From the NCBI RefSeq assembly GCF_018977255.1, contig NW_024704743.1, forward strand, positions 30,010,001 to 30,070,000: a stretch of DNA of 60,000 nt, given 5' to 3'. The stretch is from Callorhinchus milii (taxonomy: Eukaryota). Under the pieces are notes generated by a model. It saw only the letters and a list, made by a program, of their open reading frames with translations, searched no databases and was not told where the DNA came from. Positions 24,245-36,360 of this stretch are shown here, piece by piece. A program made the position numbers and the translations under genes. The first letter of the stretch is position 1. Each line of letters starts with the position of its first letter.

Positions 24245-24720
24245 GGAATTGCATTCAATGCATGGTAGAAAATGGACCATTCGGCTTAACTAGTATATGC
24301 CGGTGCCATTATTGTACATGAGCCTCCACCCCAACTATTCCACTCTCCTCTACCCCTCTATCCCCTTCTCCCTCATGTATGCATCATTTTCTCTTAAATA
24401 CAATGACAATTTTTGCTTCAACCGTAGCTTTCGGCAGTGAGTTCCACATTCTCACTGCCATCTACTTGAAGAAGTTCCTTGTAAACTCCCCATTGTATGT
24501 ATTATTGTTAGCATATTTATGCCTGGCTTGTTTTGGACTCGCCCATAAATGGAAACAGGATTATCAATAATAATAATAATAATAATCCTTGCATTTGATA
24601 TAGCGCTTTTCACGTCGGGAGGACGTCCCAAAGCGCTTCATAGAACACACTGTAAAGTGAATTGACTGTATATTTGTGGGCAAACGCGGCAGCCAATTGT
24701 CCACCTTATTGAATCAATGC
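24245..24720 (-). mobile_element. CR1 3' fragment with an inserted young SINE tail (about 24565-24700)
   Basis: ggcagtgagttccacattctcac is CR1 VRMWNSLP on the minus strand; the SINE tail matches 13771-13900. Confidence 0.75.
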
Positions 24721-27282
24721 ACTAGATTTTATCACCTCTGCTTGTCCCCTATCCTGCCATAACCTTTAATGTTTCTACTTCCCAAATGTATATTCAGAAT
24801 CTTCTTGAACCCCTCAATTAACTTAGTATCAAAGGGGTTTTCTGGAGCAGTGCATTTCTAAAATCGTATTACTCTCTAAGTAGAATTTCACTAAGTGCGT
24901 TAATTAACTTCTTTAAAAGGACTATAAAAACATTGTGGGCTACAGTGGTAGACACTGAGGAGAGAAATAACACATTTAAAGGTTCAAACAAAGGCACAAT
25001 CAAAGAGAGATATGTATTAGAGGCTTTTTGAAGGTAAGCGGGAAAGTAGCCAGACAAAGATTTGGAGGAGAGTTACAAATGTCGGGGAATGGTCGCTGAA
25101 AACTCAGAAACTGATGGTGGTTGGAAAACAGAAACTGATGGTAATTGGCCAGTCAGAAGAGTGGAGGGTATGAATGTATGTATAGGACTGCAGGAGGTTG
25201 TATAGGTAGGGTAGGGTGAAACTGGGAGAATTTAAAGACAAGAATGTGTACTATGATTATAAAAATCTTATGTTGAATTTAACTGCTTGTCTAATCATTG
25301 GTTATAACCATAATTCATTCATGTAACACTGGGGATCATTCTCATTGCAAATAATTTTCTTGTTATATTTCTGATTATGTTGTTTTCTGGTAAACAGACA
25401 AGATTATCACTTGATAAAATTGCAGTTGCACTTAATAAAATTGATAAAAATGCCATGATCTTCTGGAGCTGGGTTCAGTTGTCTTCAAACAAGAAATTTC
25501 AAAGATTTTTCTTCCTGTTGCTTTATTATTCAGCACTTGTGACCTATCTTACTCAAGAGATTAAATTATTCGGGGTAATAACTATGTTCAAACGATAAAC
25601 ATTTGTTGGTCTTCATGTGCAAACATAGGTGTAAAGAGGGAAATACAGCTGCACTAACTTGTAGAAGTTATTTACTTCTACTGACGCGAAAGGCGCTCTA
25701 TAAATGCTATTTGTTTTTGTTATGGTGTCTTTGTTTATTTTTGTTTAAAAATATCCAGATATTTATTTGTTTTCAAAGACCTGACATGTCTTCTAATTTT
25801 AGCCTAAAAGACAATTTTATCTTAAAAAATTAACATTATACAGATCTGTGGAAATTTCTTAAAACTCAAATGTTAATTTAGAAACCGGTTCTTTTTAAGA
25901 ACTGCAAAAAAAATTCCAAATTCAGATGGAATTTTTTACAGTTCTGCAGGATCATAAATTTTAAGACAAATTGGTTTTACATGCTACTACTAGGTGGATT
26001 TTTGGTCATTAGGTCTAGATCATTTAGTTTATTTGGACTGAAAACTTCTTAATTGAGGTGAAACATGATTTTTTTTTACAAAATGATAAAATATTATAAA
26101 GTTTTGAGTAAACTTTTTTTAAAAATTCTGTTTACCAGTCTGCTGCTTGGTGACCTGAATTGTGTCGATCTGCATATCAATTGGATGTGATGTTTTTGTG
26201 ACTATAGTAACACAATATTCTTCTGCATCTTATCTCTCCCCAAACAAAAAGAAAGGATAAATATCTACCAATGTGGTGAGTCTTAAAGAGGTTTTTTTGG
26301 GGGGACCATTACCAAAATTAGCTGCAATTTCCATCCTAAGTGCATGCTGCAAAGTTTGGTAAATTTTCCAGAGCGAGGAATAAACCCCAATTGTAATTTG
26401 TGAAGCACGACAGTGTGATTTGCATACCTTAGTTCTTGTGTAATCAAGGTCAATTATATTAAAATACAATTCCGAGATTAGCACTTAGTGCACTTACTGT
26501 GCTATTTCTGTCACTTCTGTGTAAACCTTTGATAGTTTAATGCCATGATTTGATTAATGAAAACCAACTAGCAAAATAGTGTGTTCCGCTGAGGATTTCC
26601 TTATTTCCTAACTAATTCCACTATTTGGTTCCTGAACTTCTTTAAGGGCTCAGATACTGTAGGAATGATACATTCTTAAATGATGGCTGGCAACATGTTT
26701 TGACATGCCCAGTAATTGCATTCGCTCAACACTGAGGCCGCAACCAGATGTAAGAATTAGTTCTCTCAGCTGGGAATGGCAGCAGTTTCCATGATGCATG
26801 ACTCTGTTTCCCTCTGGTGGCTATTCTTTGCTATCAACTCAACAGTGCATGAGAGGTTTCCATTGACAAAGGCCCTTCTACCAACAAAATAATATTAATC
26901 ACTCCGTCTTCGAGATGTCTCGAAGAGCTTCTCAGAATATAGTGTTAAGCGAATTGATTGTATATTTTGTCAGCGAAAAGTGCCCTTCGCCCAACAAAAT
27001 ATTTTCTTCCCATTACAGCATTCAACATCTTGCTATTGCACACTATAGTTTTGTTAGAAAATTATGACATTGAGCTGCATTAGCACATCAAAAGCTAAAC
27101 TAACATCAAAAGCTTTGTTTTGTTGAATAGATTCATGTTTACTTTTGTAGCCTCAGTATGGAGCTTATGTTTATTTTATTTTGTTGCATGTTTAACAGCA
27201 TTGGATTCCTTTGCCTATCATTTATTTGGATTAAAGGAATAATCATTGTAAAGTTGTCGTGCCCAAATAAATTAGCTCAAAA

Positions 27283-27915
27283 ACAACAATAGCATTTATA
27301 CAGCGCTTTTCATTGACCGGGGGGAGGGAGTAGGTGGCCGTAAGTACAGTCGAAGAGGAAATTTTTTAGGCAGGACTTGAAAGAGGGGAGAGAGGGGGTA
27401 AGGCAGAGGGATTGAGGGAGAGTGTTCCAGAGTTTTGGGGGGTAGTGGCTGAAAGCACGACCTCCGCTGGTGGGGTGGAGGGTGCGAGGAAAGAGCAGGA
27501 GGCCGGTGCCAGTTGATCGGAGGTGCCGGATGGTGGATTGGTGAGTGAGGGGGCGTTGGAGAGGTAATGAGGTACCAGGGAGTCGAGGGATTTGAATGCA
27601 AGTGTGAGGATCTCGAAGTCAATCCGTTCGGTGATGGGGAGCCAGTGGAGTTTGGCCAAAACTGGTGAGATGTGGGTACGGAGTTTGGTCCGGGTCAGTA
27701 TGCAGGTGGCAGAGTTCTAAATGAGCTGGATCTTTTGAATAGTGGAGCTGGGGAGACAGGCAAGGAGTGCGTTGGAGTAATCCAAGTGGGAGGTGACAAA
27801 CACATACACAAGGATTTCGGCTGCATTTGGGGTAAGGTACGGTTGGAGGCGGAGGTGGTCCATGTGGCGGAGATGGAAGAAGGCGGTCCTGGTCAAGTGC
27901 GAACTGAAGATGGGC
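27283..27915 (-). mobile_element. L2 LINE 3' fragment
   Basis: ORFs 27717..27917 (TRTAFFHLR...LDYSNALL) and 27366..27659 (LHWLPITERIDFEIL). Confidence 0.9.
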
Positions 27916-29169
27916 AAGGAAGAGGAAAAGTAGAGGGATTGAGGCAGAGAAGTTTAGAGTGATGAAAATAGTGATGCAATTGAGTTACTTTGTCTCAGTA
28001 TGCACGAGTGAAACAGTCACTGAAATAAACAAAGGAAAGGAAGGCCCTTGATCTCTGAGCTGCACAATTAGAATAGAGACATGACCTGGGCAATACAAAA
28101 CACAGGCAGTCTGCGCTTTCTCACGGCAGACCATTGGAAAGGGGATCCGGTAATTCTTTCCCTATGTACTTTAAATAGTGCACACTCTGCCTCCCTGCAT
28201 ATTTATGTTAACACTTAAGAACGAGTTAAAGTTAATCTGAATGGAAATAAAAGACCTTACTTTATGAGAGACCTTGCATGGACATTGGTGCTAATTGCCT
28301 CTCCCACCTTCACTCATTTCTCACGAGGAAAGTAAACTACCATCAGATCATGTTCTAATACTACAATGGCTTGTATTGCTGATACAGCCATTAAAGAACC
28401 ATGAATTTACAAATGAGAAAAATCAGTGTCTATTTCAAACCTCAGCAGAATTCCTCAGAAAATCATCCTGTGCCTTAATATAATAACATAATCTCCAAAG
28501 ACTGAAATTATACACTCTGCTAACTCACCACAAATGTAACTTTTCAAATGATTTATTACTTATGAATTTGAGTGGAGAATAATTCTCAGCTTTTCTTTTA
28601 CTCACTTGCAAAACTCCTTCCAGCATGAAATGAGAATGCATTAATTAAACTTGGTGACAACTCAGGTTATTCTAACCAGTTTGATGCAGTTTCGTCACAA
28701 TTGGTATGAACTGTAAATCATTAATAACCTATGTCTAGATGGGCTATAGATATATTTAATTTTTTTTACTGATACTGGTGTATAGTAACAGGCTTCTCAA
28801 GTACATATTTTCAATAGTCTTATTTGCAAAAGGATAGGGCACTCTATTCAGTGCTCAGAACAGTTTCAGGTACTGCTCCCAGAACCAGTATAGTATAATC
28901 AATTGTGACAATGCTAGTTTAAATTTCTACCTTTGTTGCTCAGATCGTCTCTGTCAATCAGTGGGCAGCTTTAGGGTGGAAAGATTTCCTCTGTTCAGGC
29001 TTTCCCACCCTGTGCAGGCACCTGGAGGCAGTGCAGAAAAAATTGAGGTTGGCAAAAAAGACAGTAAAGAATTTAATAGATGGGTGAAATTACAGTGTAT
29101 TAATGATATAATCAGGCTCTGTCAATGTCACTAATTTTGAGAAGTTCATGAGTAGAATCAAATGTTAAC

Positions 29170-29560
29170 CATAATAATAATCATAATAATAATCCTTGCA
29201 TTTGGTATAGCGTTTTATCACATCAGAAGGATGTCTCAAAGTGTTTCACAGGATTTACTGTAAAGCATAGTGTATTTGTAGGCAAACACAGCAGCACAGT
29301 TGTGTGCACAGCAATGTGCCACAAACAGCCATGGAGTGAGTGACCGATTAGTAACCCTAATTGTTGAGGCTACAGAAACTCCCTTCTCTTTTCGAATACT
29401 GCTATGGGTTCTTTAACATCCACCTGAACAGGCAGATGGGGCCCAGTTTAATTTAACGTCTCATCGAAGGAAGATGTCTCCGACAATGCAACACCCCCCG
29501 GACTGTATTGGAGTATCATCTTAGACTATGGGATTCCGAGTCTGGACATGGGATTCCACG
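29170..29560 (-). mobile_element. DeuSINE, near full length
   Basis: (AAT)n tail; ctttaacatccacctgaacaggcagatggggcc...tttaacgtctcatc is the reverse-complement Deu domain. Confidence 0.8.
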
Positions 29561-30179
29561 TGCTAACTGTACAAATATATCGCACTAACACACTGTGTAA
29601 ATTACATGTGGAAAGTGAATTACAGGCAGCATTAATTGATTAATCGTGCATTTTAACAACCATTGAACATGATTTATTAAGGCTGTGCTCCGTGTCCTTG
29701 ATAAACGATGATATTCCCAAGGAGGATGTTGTGAGTATGACTGTCACCAAAGAATGTGTTCCTGTAATGTCGAAAAACGTAATCATTTCTTGCCTGTTTT
29801 CTGATGGGGATGTAATCGCAGTCAGCAAAGGATGTCATGACTCCCTCAATTGAAACATACGATTTGATAAATATTAATAATTATACCAAGTGTTCTGAGA
29901 AATAAGGATTCCAGGACTCATTTTACTTGCCGTAAGAGCAATATCAGAGTTTCCATGTTTTACACAAGGGTTAAGACACAGAATTGTTGAGTACTCTGTA
30001 GGCAATGTTCTATTTTAATTACTTAATTATCCTTTTAATTGAAATCTAAGCAAACTGAGCTTTGGTGTTGCATTGCAGGATTACCTGTGAACCTTTCCAG
30101 TTAGATCAATTAGACTAAATAGAGCAAGTAATCTTTACATCGTGTTTGAGCACCGGTTCATCATTAATTCTCCGATTTG

Positions 30180-30610
30180 TCAATCTGGCCCACTTGGTAG
30201 CATTCTCCCCTCTGAGTTAGAAGATTGTTGGTTCAACCTTTATGTTGGGACTTTGAACTCACAGTCTACGCTGACACTTGATTACAACAGTGCTGGGGGC
30301 GTTGTGGATTGTTGGAGATGCTGTCATTTTGATGAGATATTAAATCAAAGTCCTGTCTACCTCCACAGGCAGATGTTAAAGATCCCATTGTATTATTTGA
30401 AAACAGTTTCCTGGCAGATGATTCCCCAGATAAAATTAATTATTCACTTTATTTGTGAGTCTGTTTGTGTGACATTGCTATGTGTAAATTGGCTGCTACG
30501 TTTGCCTATAAAATAGACAGTCACTACACTTTCTAATGAATCCTATGATGCATTTGAGATGTCCTCCTGATATGAAAGTTGCTGTATTAAAAGCAAGGAT
30601 GATTATTTTA
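30180..30610 (+). mobile_element. DeuSINE, near full length
   Basis: Head ggtagcattctcccctctgagttagaag, Deu domain gatgagatattaaatc...aaagatcccattg, and tail. Confidence 0.78.
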
Positions 30611-31147
30611 ATATCATCAATTCTCTTTCAACGGCTTCTACTCTTACACCCAGACAGTCACTCCCTGTTTCTTCAAACACACTTGATGTTTGATGTCCCC
30701 ATTGTTTGAGACCTTCTTTCAAATATCCTTTTACATGAAGTGCCACAACATTTGTTGCTGTGCGACTTATTGGGATGTGACCCTTTATTGGAAATGCATC
30801 ATAAATGTGATGAGGTCAGTTTTGATGCAACAATGTCATTTTTACTAAAACTTGTCTGGCTAGAAAACTAGGCTTGAAAGTCAACGTAATCCCATTTGGA
30901 TAACAGGCGGTGGGAAACCAGCAGAGGAACAAAGGAGAAAAGTGACTGTACAGGATAAGCTTCTTCTTTTTGAAACAGAGGAAGGAGTTTGGAATTTGTA
31001 GACCCCAAAAGGTTACCTAATGGATTTACTATACTTTTATCAAAGTACAAATTGACAAGTGATGATTAGTTTGTTTCTGATCATTTAGAAATGGGGATTT
31101 TTTTTGCTTGTTGGTGAATTAATCATCTTCTGATGATGTGCAGTTGT

Positions 31148-31745
31148 AATAACAACAAATTACATTTGTATAGAGCCTTTCACGTTAGGAGGACGTACCA
31201 AGGCACTGGACAGTCAGGGATCCACATCCGTGCTTCTGGTTGGGATTAGGAGGCGTTCGGGAATGTGGGGTGGGTAGGGGTAGGAGGGTGACCAAAAGCA
31301 TATTCGAAGAGGAGGGTCTTGAGATGGGTCTTGAAGGAGGCAAGGGAGGGGGCAAGGTGGAGGGTCTGTGTGATGGATTTCCAGAGGTTGGGAGCAGAGA
31401 GGTTGAAGGCGTGCTCGCTATTGGTGGGGCAGGCAAAGCGGGGGAACGTGAAGCAGGCCGAACCCCCTGAGCAGAGGGAGCAGACGAGTTGGTAGGGGTT
31501 TAGGAGGTCACAGAGGTAGGAAGGAGCAAGGCCGTGGAGGGCTTTGAAGGGAGGACCAAGATCTTGAATTGTATCCTCTGAGTGATGGCAAGCCAATGGA
31601 TTGGGTGAGGATGGGGGTGATGGGATCGCGGAATCCGGTGCAGGAAAGGACACTGGCTGCAGAGTTCTGGATAATCTGCAACCTGTGGAGGGAGGAGTTG
31701 GGGATGCCGACAAGCAGGCAGTTTCCATAGTTGAGCCTGGTGTGA
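31148..31745 (-). mobile_element. L2 LINE 3' fragment
   Basis: FKALHGLAPSYLCDLLNPY...SLASFKTHLKTLLF in ORF 31246..31959; 3' hairpin and (TTG)n tail. Confidence 0.9.
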
Positions 31746-31852
31746 GATAAATAGAAATATGATTAGGACAGGATGAACAATCTAAAAGTGTGAAGGTGAC
31801 TGGCAAGAGGAGCAAATAGGGAAAGATGGATAATTCAGGAGAGCGTGTGAAC

Positions 31853-32163
31853 GTGGAGTCCTGTAGCTCAGTTGTTAGGGCACTCGCTTTGCAAGTGAGA
31901 GACGTGAGTTCAATTCCAGGCAGGGCGAAACCTTGGGCAAGTTTCCTTACTCCACACACCTAATAATAATCCCTCCAAAAAACAAAACAATAATAAATTG
32001 GTCATTTTCAATCCATGAATGTTTGTGGGGCACTGCTGTACGCAATTGGCAGCCGCGTTCGCCCACAAATATACAGTCAATTCACTTTACAGTATATTCT
32101 GTGAAGCGCTTTGGGACGTCTAGAAGACGTGAAAAGCGCTATATCAAATGCAAGAATTATTAA
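31853..32163 (+). mobile_element. Young tRNA(Ala)-derived SINE, full length, short form
   Basis: Matches 728-1044; the tail loop variant is gacgtctagaagacgtg. Confidence 0.92.
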
Positions 32164-32744
32164 TTGTACTAAACCTTCTTAATTATTCATAAACTGAGGC
32201 TGCTTGCTTTAAGAGTACCCTATATTTTTATGTCATTAAACCTCTTGGGAACTCAAATGGGTTTATGTTAATCTAAAACAAGATGGACTATTGCCAGTCT
32301 GTTATCAATTTGGTTTCAATAATGATAGCTATAATAATAGCTTAAATGGCCACAGTATTTGGGCCCTGAAATCTCTGGGCAGTGAGAGCATGCAAAATAA
32401 CCAGCTTTCAAAATGGGGATAATTCCTATGTATTTCAAAGTGTAGCTAGGATTAAGTTGTGCACATTGAGAATTGCTGGCAAATGCAAGGATTTAGATTT
32501 ATCTAAAAATCCAGAAATAAAATTTCGTGACAAACTCCTTAAGAAATCATCAAGTCCTCTGAGGAAAAGAGGGCTTTCATTTTATCTTTCATTATTTTAG
32601 GACCTCTTTTAGATCTAGTTACCAATTGTTTGAAACAAGAAAGCTGCATGCTCCATTGCAGATAATACAAAACAATTTATATAATCTGCAAATTCTTTGA
32701 AACTATTTCATAAAAGCAGAAGTTCTGATATTTCTTTCATTCTT

Positions 32745-32990
32745 AGCAATAGGAACCCAGTTGTTAGTCGATTGGCGAATTGCATTCAAGGGGTTATATT
32801 TCCATCAATAAATAAATAAATAATAATAATTTGGTGCACAACTGTTTGTGGGACACTGCTGTGCACAATTGGCTGCTGCATTTCGCCCACAAAATATACA
32901 GTCAATTCACTTTACAGTATATTCTGTGAAGCGCTTTGAGACATCTCAACGATATGATAAGGCGCTATATCAAATGCAAAGATTATTATA
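32745..32990 (+). mobile_element. 5'-truncated long-form tRNA-SINE
   Basis: tagcaataggaacccagttgttagtcgattgg middle segment plus the shared tail. Confidence 0.8.
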
Positions 32991-32992
32991 TG

Positions 32993-33175
32993 TCCACTTT
33001 GTCCTAATTTTTAAAACAGCTCAGAGTTTATGAAAATTCTTAAATTCAGTCTTAATTTAGAATTTTCAGTTCTTAAAAAGAACGGATTCCAAATGAAGAC
33101 CTAATTGAGCATTTTCTCACTTTTCTGTGCAATCTTAAATTTTAAGATACATCTTAAAAATTAAGACTAGGTGGA
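32993..33175. mobile_element. MITE-like element with about 22-bp imperfect TIRs
   Basis: Left tccactttgtcctaatttttaa versus reverse complement of right end tccacctagtcttaatttttaa (3 mismatches); related AT-rich sequence at about 19810-19915 and 25790-25998. Confidence 0.6.
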
Positions 33176-33669
33176 ATCTCAAGGGAAGAAAGCAATTCCT
33201 TTTGGGCTCTATGGATTTTGTTGCCATTGAAGCAAAGGTGTAACTTTAGTGAATAATGGGACAGTTCATTTACCTTCTCTGAATGTCCTGGTAAATCACG
33301 GGATTCCTTAATATTCCCAATAGCATTCTTATAAACCTATAAGAACTCTGCCCCAGAGATAAACTGTATCGCAAAATAGTTTGATGTGTCATATTTAGTT
33401 GGAAGGAGCCCCTATACGCATGATTTGGATTCCTTATGAAGGAATATTGGAAATTAGACCCAATTGACTTCATTAATATACCTAAGGGATGTTCAGAAAC
33501 CCTTCTGAAAGAAACTAGAAATTTGTACTGCTGGCATAAATTCTAGCAAAAGTCTATAATAATTTCTGTAGTTACACAGATATTCTTATTAAAATGAATT
33601 GTAAATATCCATGGATGACCTGACTGTATTGAAATATTTAGGTCTCACTGGGCTTTGCTTAATTAATAG

Positions 33670-33859
33670 GGGGATCGACATGTCAGCTCTACAGGAGCTA
33701 CAAGTGATATATACCCAGTGACATCACCTCACCTAATAAAGGGAAAAGGCAAGAAGGAACAGTTAGCAACTGGAGAAGAAGCTGTGTTCCAAGTAAAACC
33801 CGTCAAAGTGAAGCACAACAAAAATGGTCCTGGGAGCTCAAAAATGATTCCTGGAATTG
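33670..33859 (+). CDS. DCDC2: DCDC2 internal coding exon (exon 7 equivalent), GDRHVSSTGATSDIYPVTSPHLIKGKGKKEQLATGEEAVFQVKPVKVKHNKNGPGSSKMIPGI
   Basis: aattaatag acceptor and gtgagc donor; 190 nt open frame, phase 0 to 1. DRH..ST and SP....KGKKE motifs as in the DCDC2 tail. Confidence 0.88.
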
Positions 33860-34397
33860 GTGAGCAGATCCGCTTTTCTTTTTCTTTATATTAAGTGCTT
33901 TGGGACTTATATAGCTGCCCTGCATGAGGGGCGCTGTATAATTGCAAGTCGTTGTTGTTGTTAACTCCTTGGTTATGTTATGGAATTATGCTGTATTACC
34001 TGAATTGCGACATTGCCTCTGATAGATAGGACTGGCCAGATTTTACCCTGCGCCGCTACGAACTTCAAATCATCGTTTGCTAATGCAATTGGGCTCAATT
34101 GTAGTAATTTGCCAAAACAGAAATGATTTTAAACCAATTGGAATTTATTACATGTGCACAATGAAATGCATTGTACTGGCAACAGTCTAATTCGTCAGAC
34201 AACAACATTGTCCTCACATAATCTGTGCAAATAGGTTATTCTTATTTGATTGTGTCTGCTAGTATTTGAAAATGTGTGCATTGTAATATTTTATTTCAGT
34301 TGTCATGGTTTACCAGTATCATTTCTTTGATCTTTTGCATGGGATCTGAGTTTTAGATTCACAAGTTGAAGATAATAATCCTTGCAGAGGTGAAAAT

Positions 34398-34570
34398 GAG
34401 TTAATGTTTCAGGTCTATAACCTTTTGTCAGAACGGTTATGACGAAAGGCCATTGACCTGAAACGTTAACCCATTTCCCTCTCTCCATAGATGCTGCCTG
34501 ACCTGCTGTGTGTTCCCAGCAACTTCTGTTTTTATTTCAGATTCTCAACATCTGCAGTATTTTGCCTTTT
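34398..34570. mobile_element. Penelope-like element terminal (pLTR) fragment in inverted arrangement, with decayed minimal hammerhead motifs
   Basis: tgacgaaaggccattgacctgaaacgttaac...ctctccatagatgctgcctgacctgctg...cagattctcaacatctgcagt, preceded by an inverted partial copy at 34398-34434. Confidence 0.75.
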
Positions 34571-34571
34571 G

Positions 34572-35270
34572 AATAATAATCCTTGCATTTGATATAGCAT
34601 TGATATATCTCAAAGGAATTAGTTTGTAGTGACTGGATTTTGAAGGTGAATGCGGCAGTGAATTTGCTCATAGCAGTGTTAATAATAATAATCGTGGCAT
34701 TTGATATAGCGCTTTTCACATCTTCTAGACACCTCAAAGCGCTTCACAATATATACTGTAAAGTGAATTGATTGTATATATGTGGGCGAAAAGCGGCAGC
34801 CAATTGCGCACAGCAGTGTCCCACAAACAGTCGTAGTTTGAAGTGACCAATTTTATTGTTTTTTTTTCTTGAGGGATTATTTTCAGGTGTGTGGAGTAAG
34901 GTTTTGCCCTGCCATGAATCAAACCCAGGTCTCTCACTTGTGAGGCGAGTGCTCTAACCACTGAGCTACAGGACTCCACAAACGAATACCAATGAATTGA
35001 ATGACCAATTTTATCTGGGGTATTGTTGGTTAGGATACTGGGATAAACCAGTGTCATGAGATGTTTAATTTCCTGAATAAGTAGATAGTACCTTGGTTTA
35101 AGAAAGCATGGCATCTCTGGCAGTCCAACGCTTCTCCAGCACTGCAATGGATGAGGTGCTTGATTTCACAGCCAACCTAAACTATGAACTCAAAGTCCCA
35201 ATGTGGGGTGTGAACCCATAACCTTCTGATTCAGAAGTGAGAGTGCTACCAACTGGGCCAGGTTGACACC
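34572..35270 (-). mobile_element. DeuSINE (-) interrupted by a young tRNA-SINE (-, about 34680-34979)
   Basis: DeuSINE tail at 34572-34680, a full young SINE, then DeuSINE body and head at 34980-35270 (ccttctgattcagaagtgagagtgctacc). Confidence 0.82.
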
Positions 35271-35375
35271 TATGAATATGTCCCATAAGATAGAAACCCA
35301 AACAGAATAATTCTTGATCATGTGTCAAGACACCCGGCTGACCCAAAACAAATTTCTTCTTGTCCTACCAGGATT

Positions 35376-35394
35376 GTACCTGTAGATGGCAGTA
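35376..35394 (+). promoter_or_regulatory. Candidate CTCF site
   Basis: GTACCTGTAGATGGCAGTA fits the CTCF core CCnnnAGRKGGCR and lies in unique sequence. Motif only. Confidence 0.4.
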
Positions 35395-35951
35395 AAGGAC
35401 TGGTTGATAATATTTTAAACCTCAGTGGACAGATTATCTATCCTGCCTACGTGTGACTGAGAATGTTATTACAGTAGGGGCTGACAGACCTGGAGTGTTT
35501 AGATTAATTTGAATATTGTGGAACCTTTTTCGCTTTTCGCTGAATATTTCACGTCCTAAAATCTGCTTTCAGCACTATTTGCTACATTGTTATTCATTTT
35601 CCTCCGCTCCTCAAAGCCACTTACTCACGATGAGGTATGACTCTCTGGGTGCCATACGGCTTCTGGTGCATCCTGCAAAATGCCATTCCTCATGTGTGAG
35701 CCCAGATAATGTGTCAGCAGGATGCCCAAACCAACCCTTTTGTGGCGTTTGTGTATGCGTACCTTCCAGCCGTCTGGAACAGCAATCAAAAAAAGAGGGC
35801 GGCGGGGGGAACACACTGGCTGACTTAACCTTCCCTAAACCAGGACTCTGAGGCAAATCTGGCAAATTGTAGCTCTCTAATTGTTTTCCCTGACTAACTC
35901 CGCTAACTTAACACAGACCTTCTGTGGGCAAGTATTGTACTGATTGATCAT

Positions 35952-36360
35952 ATAATAATCCTTATATTTGATATAGTGATTTATCACATTGTTGAGACAT
36001 CTCAAAGGGTTTTGCAGGATATGCTGTAAAGTGGTGTGTATTTTCTAGGTGAACGCAGCAGCCAATGTATGCACAGCAATGTCCCACAAACAGCCATGGA
36101 GTGAGTTTTTGTTTGGGGGATTGGTGGCCAGGATACTGGGAGAAACTGCCTTCTCTTTTCAAATAGTTCCATGGGATCTTTAACATCCCCCTGGCCATGT
36201 AGACGGGACCTTGGTTTAACATCTCATCTGAGGATGGCACTTCTGACAAATCAATACCCCTCCCAGCATTATTTGAAGTGTCATCTTAGACTACATGAGT
36301 TCCCAGCTCCGATGTTGAACCTACATCCTCTGATTTAGAGGAGAGATTGCTACCCAACAT
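35952..36360 (-). mobile_element. DeuSINE, near full length
   Basis: ccatgggatctttaacatcc...ggtttaacatctcatctgaggatggcacttctgac is the reverse-complement Deu domain; tail at about 35955. Confidence 0.82.

Noticed and set aside
29700..29810. Possible C/D box snoRNA
   Set aside because: No canonical RTGATGA box C and no terminal stem around the CTGA.
35611..35865. 84-aa minus-strand ORF as a nested antisense gene
   Set aside because: No recognisable domain or supporting exon structure.
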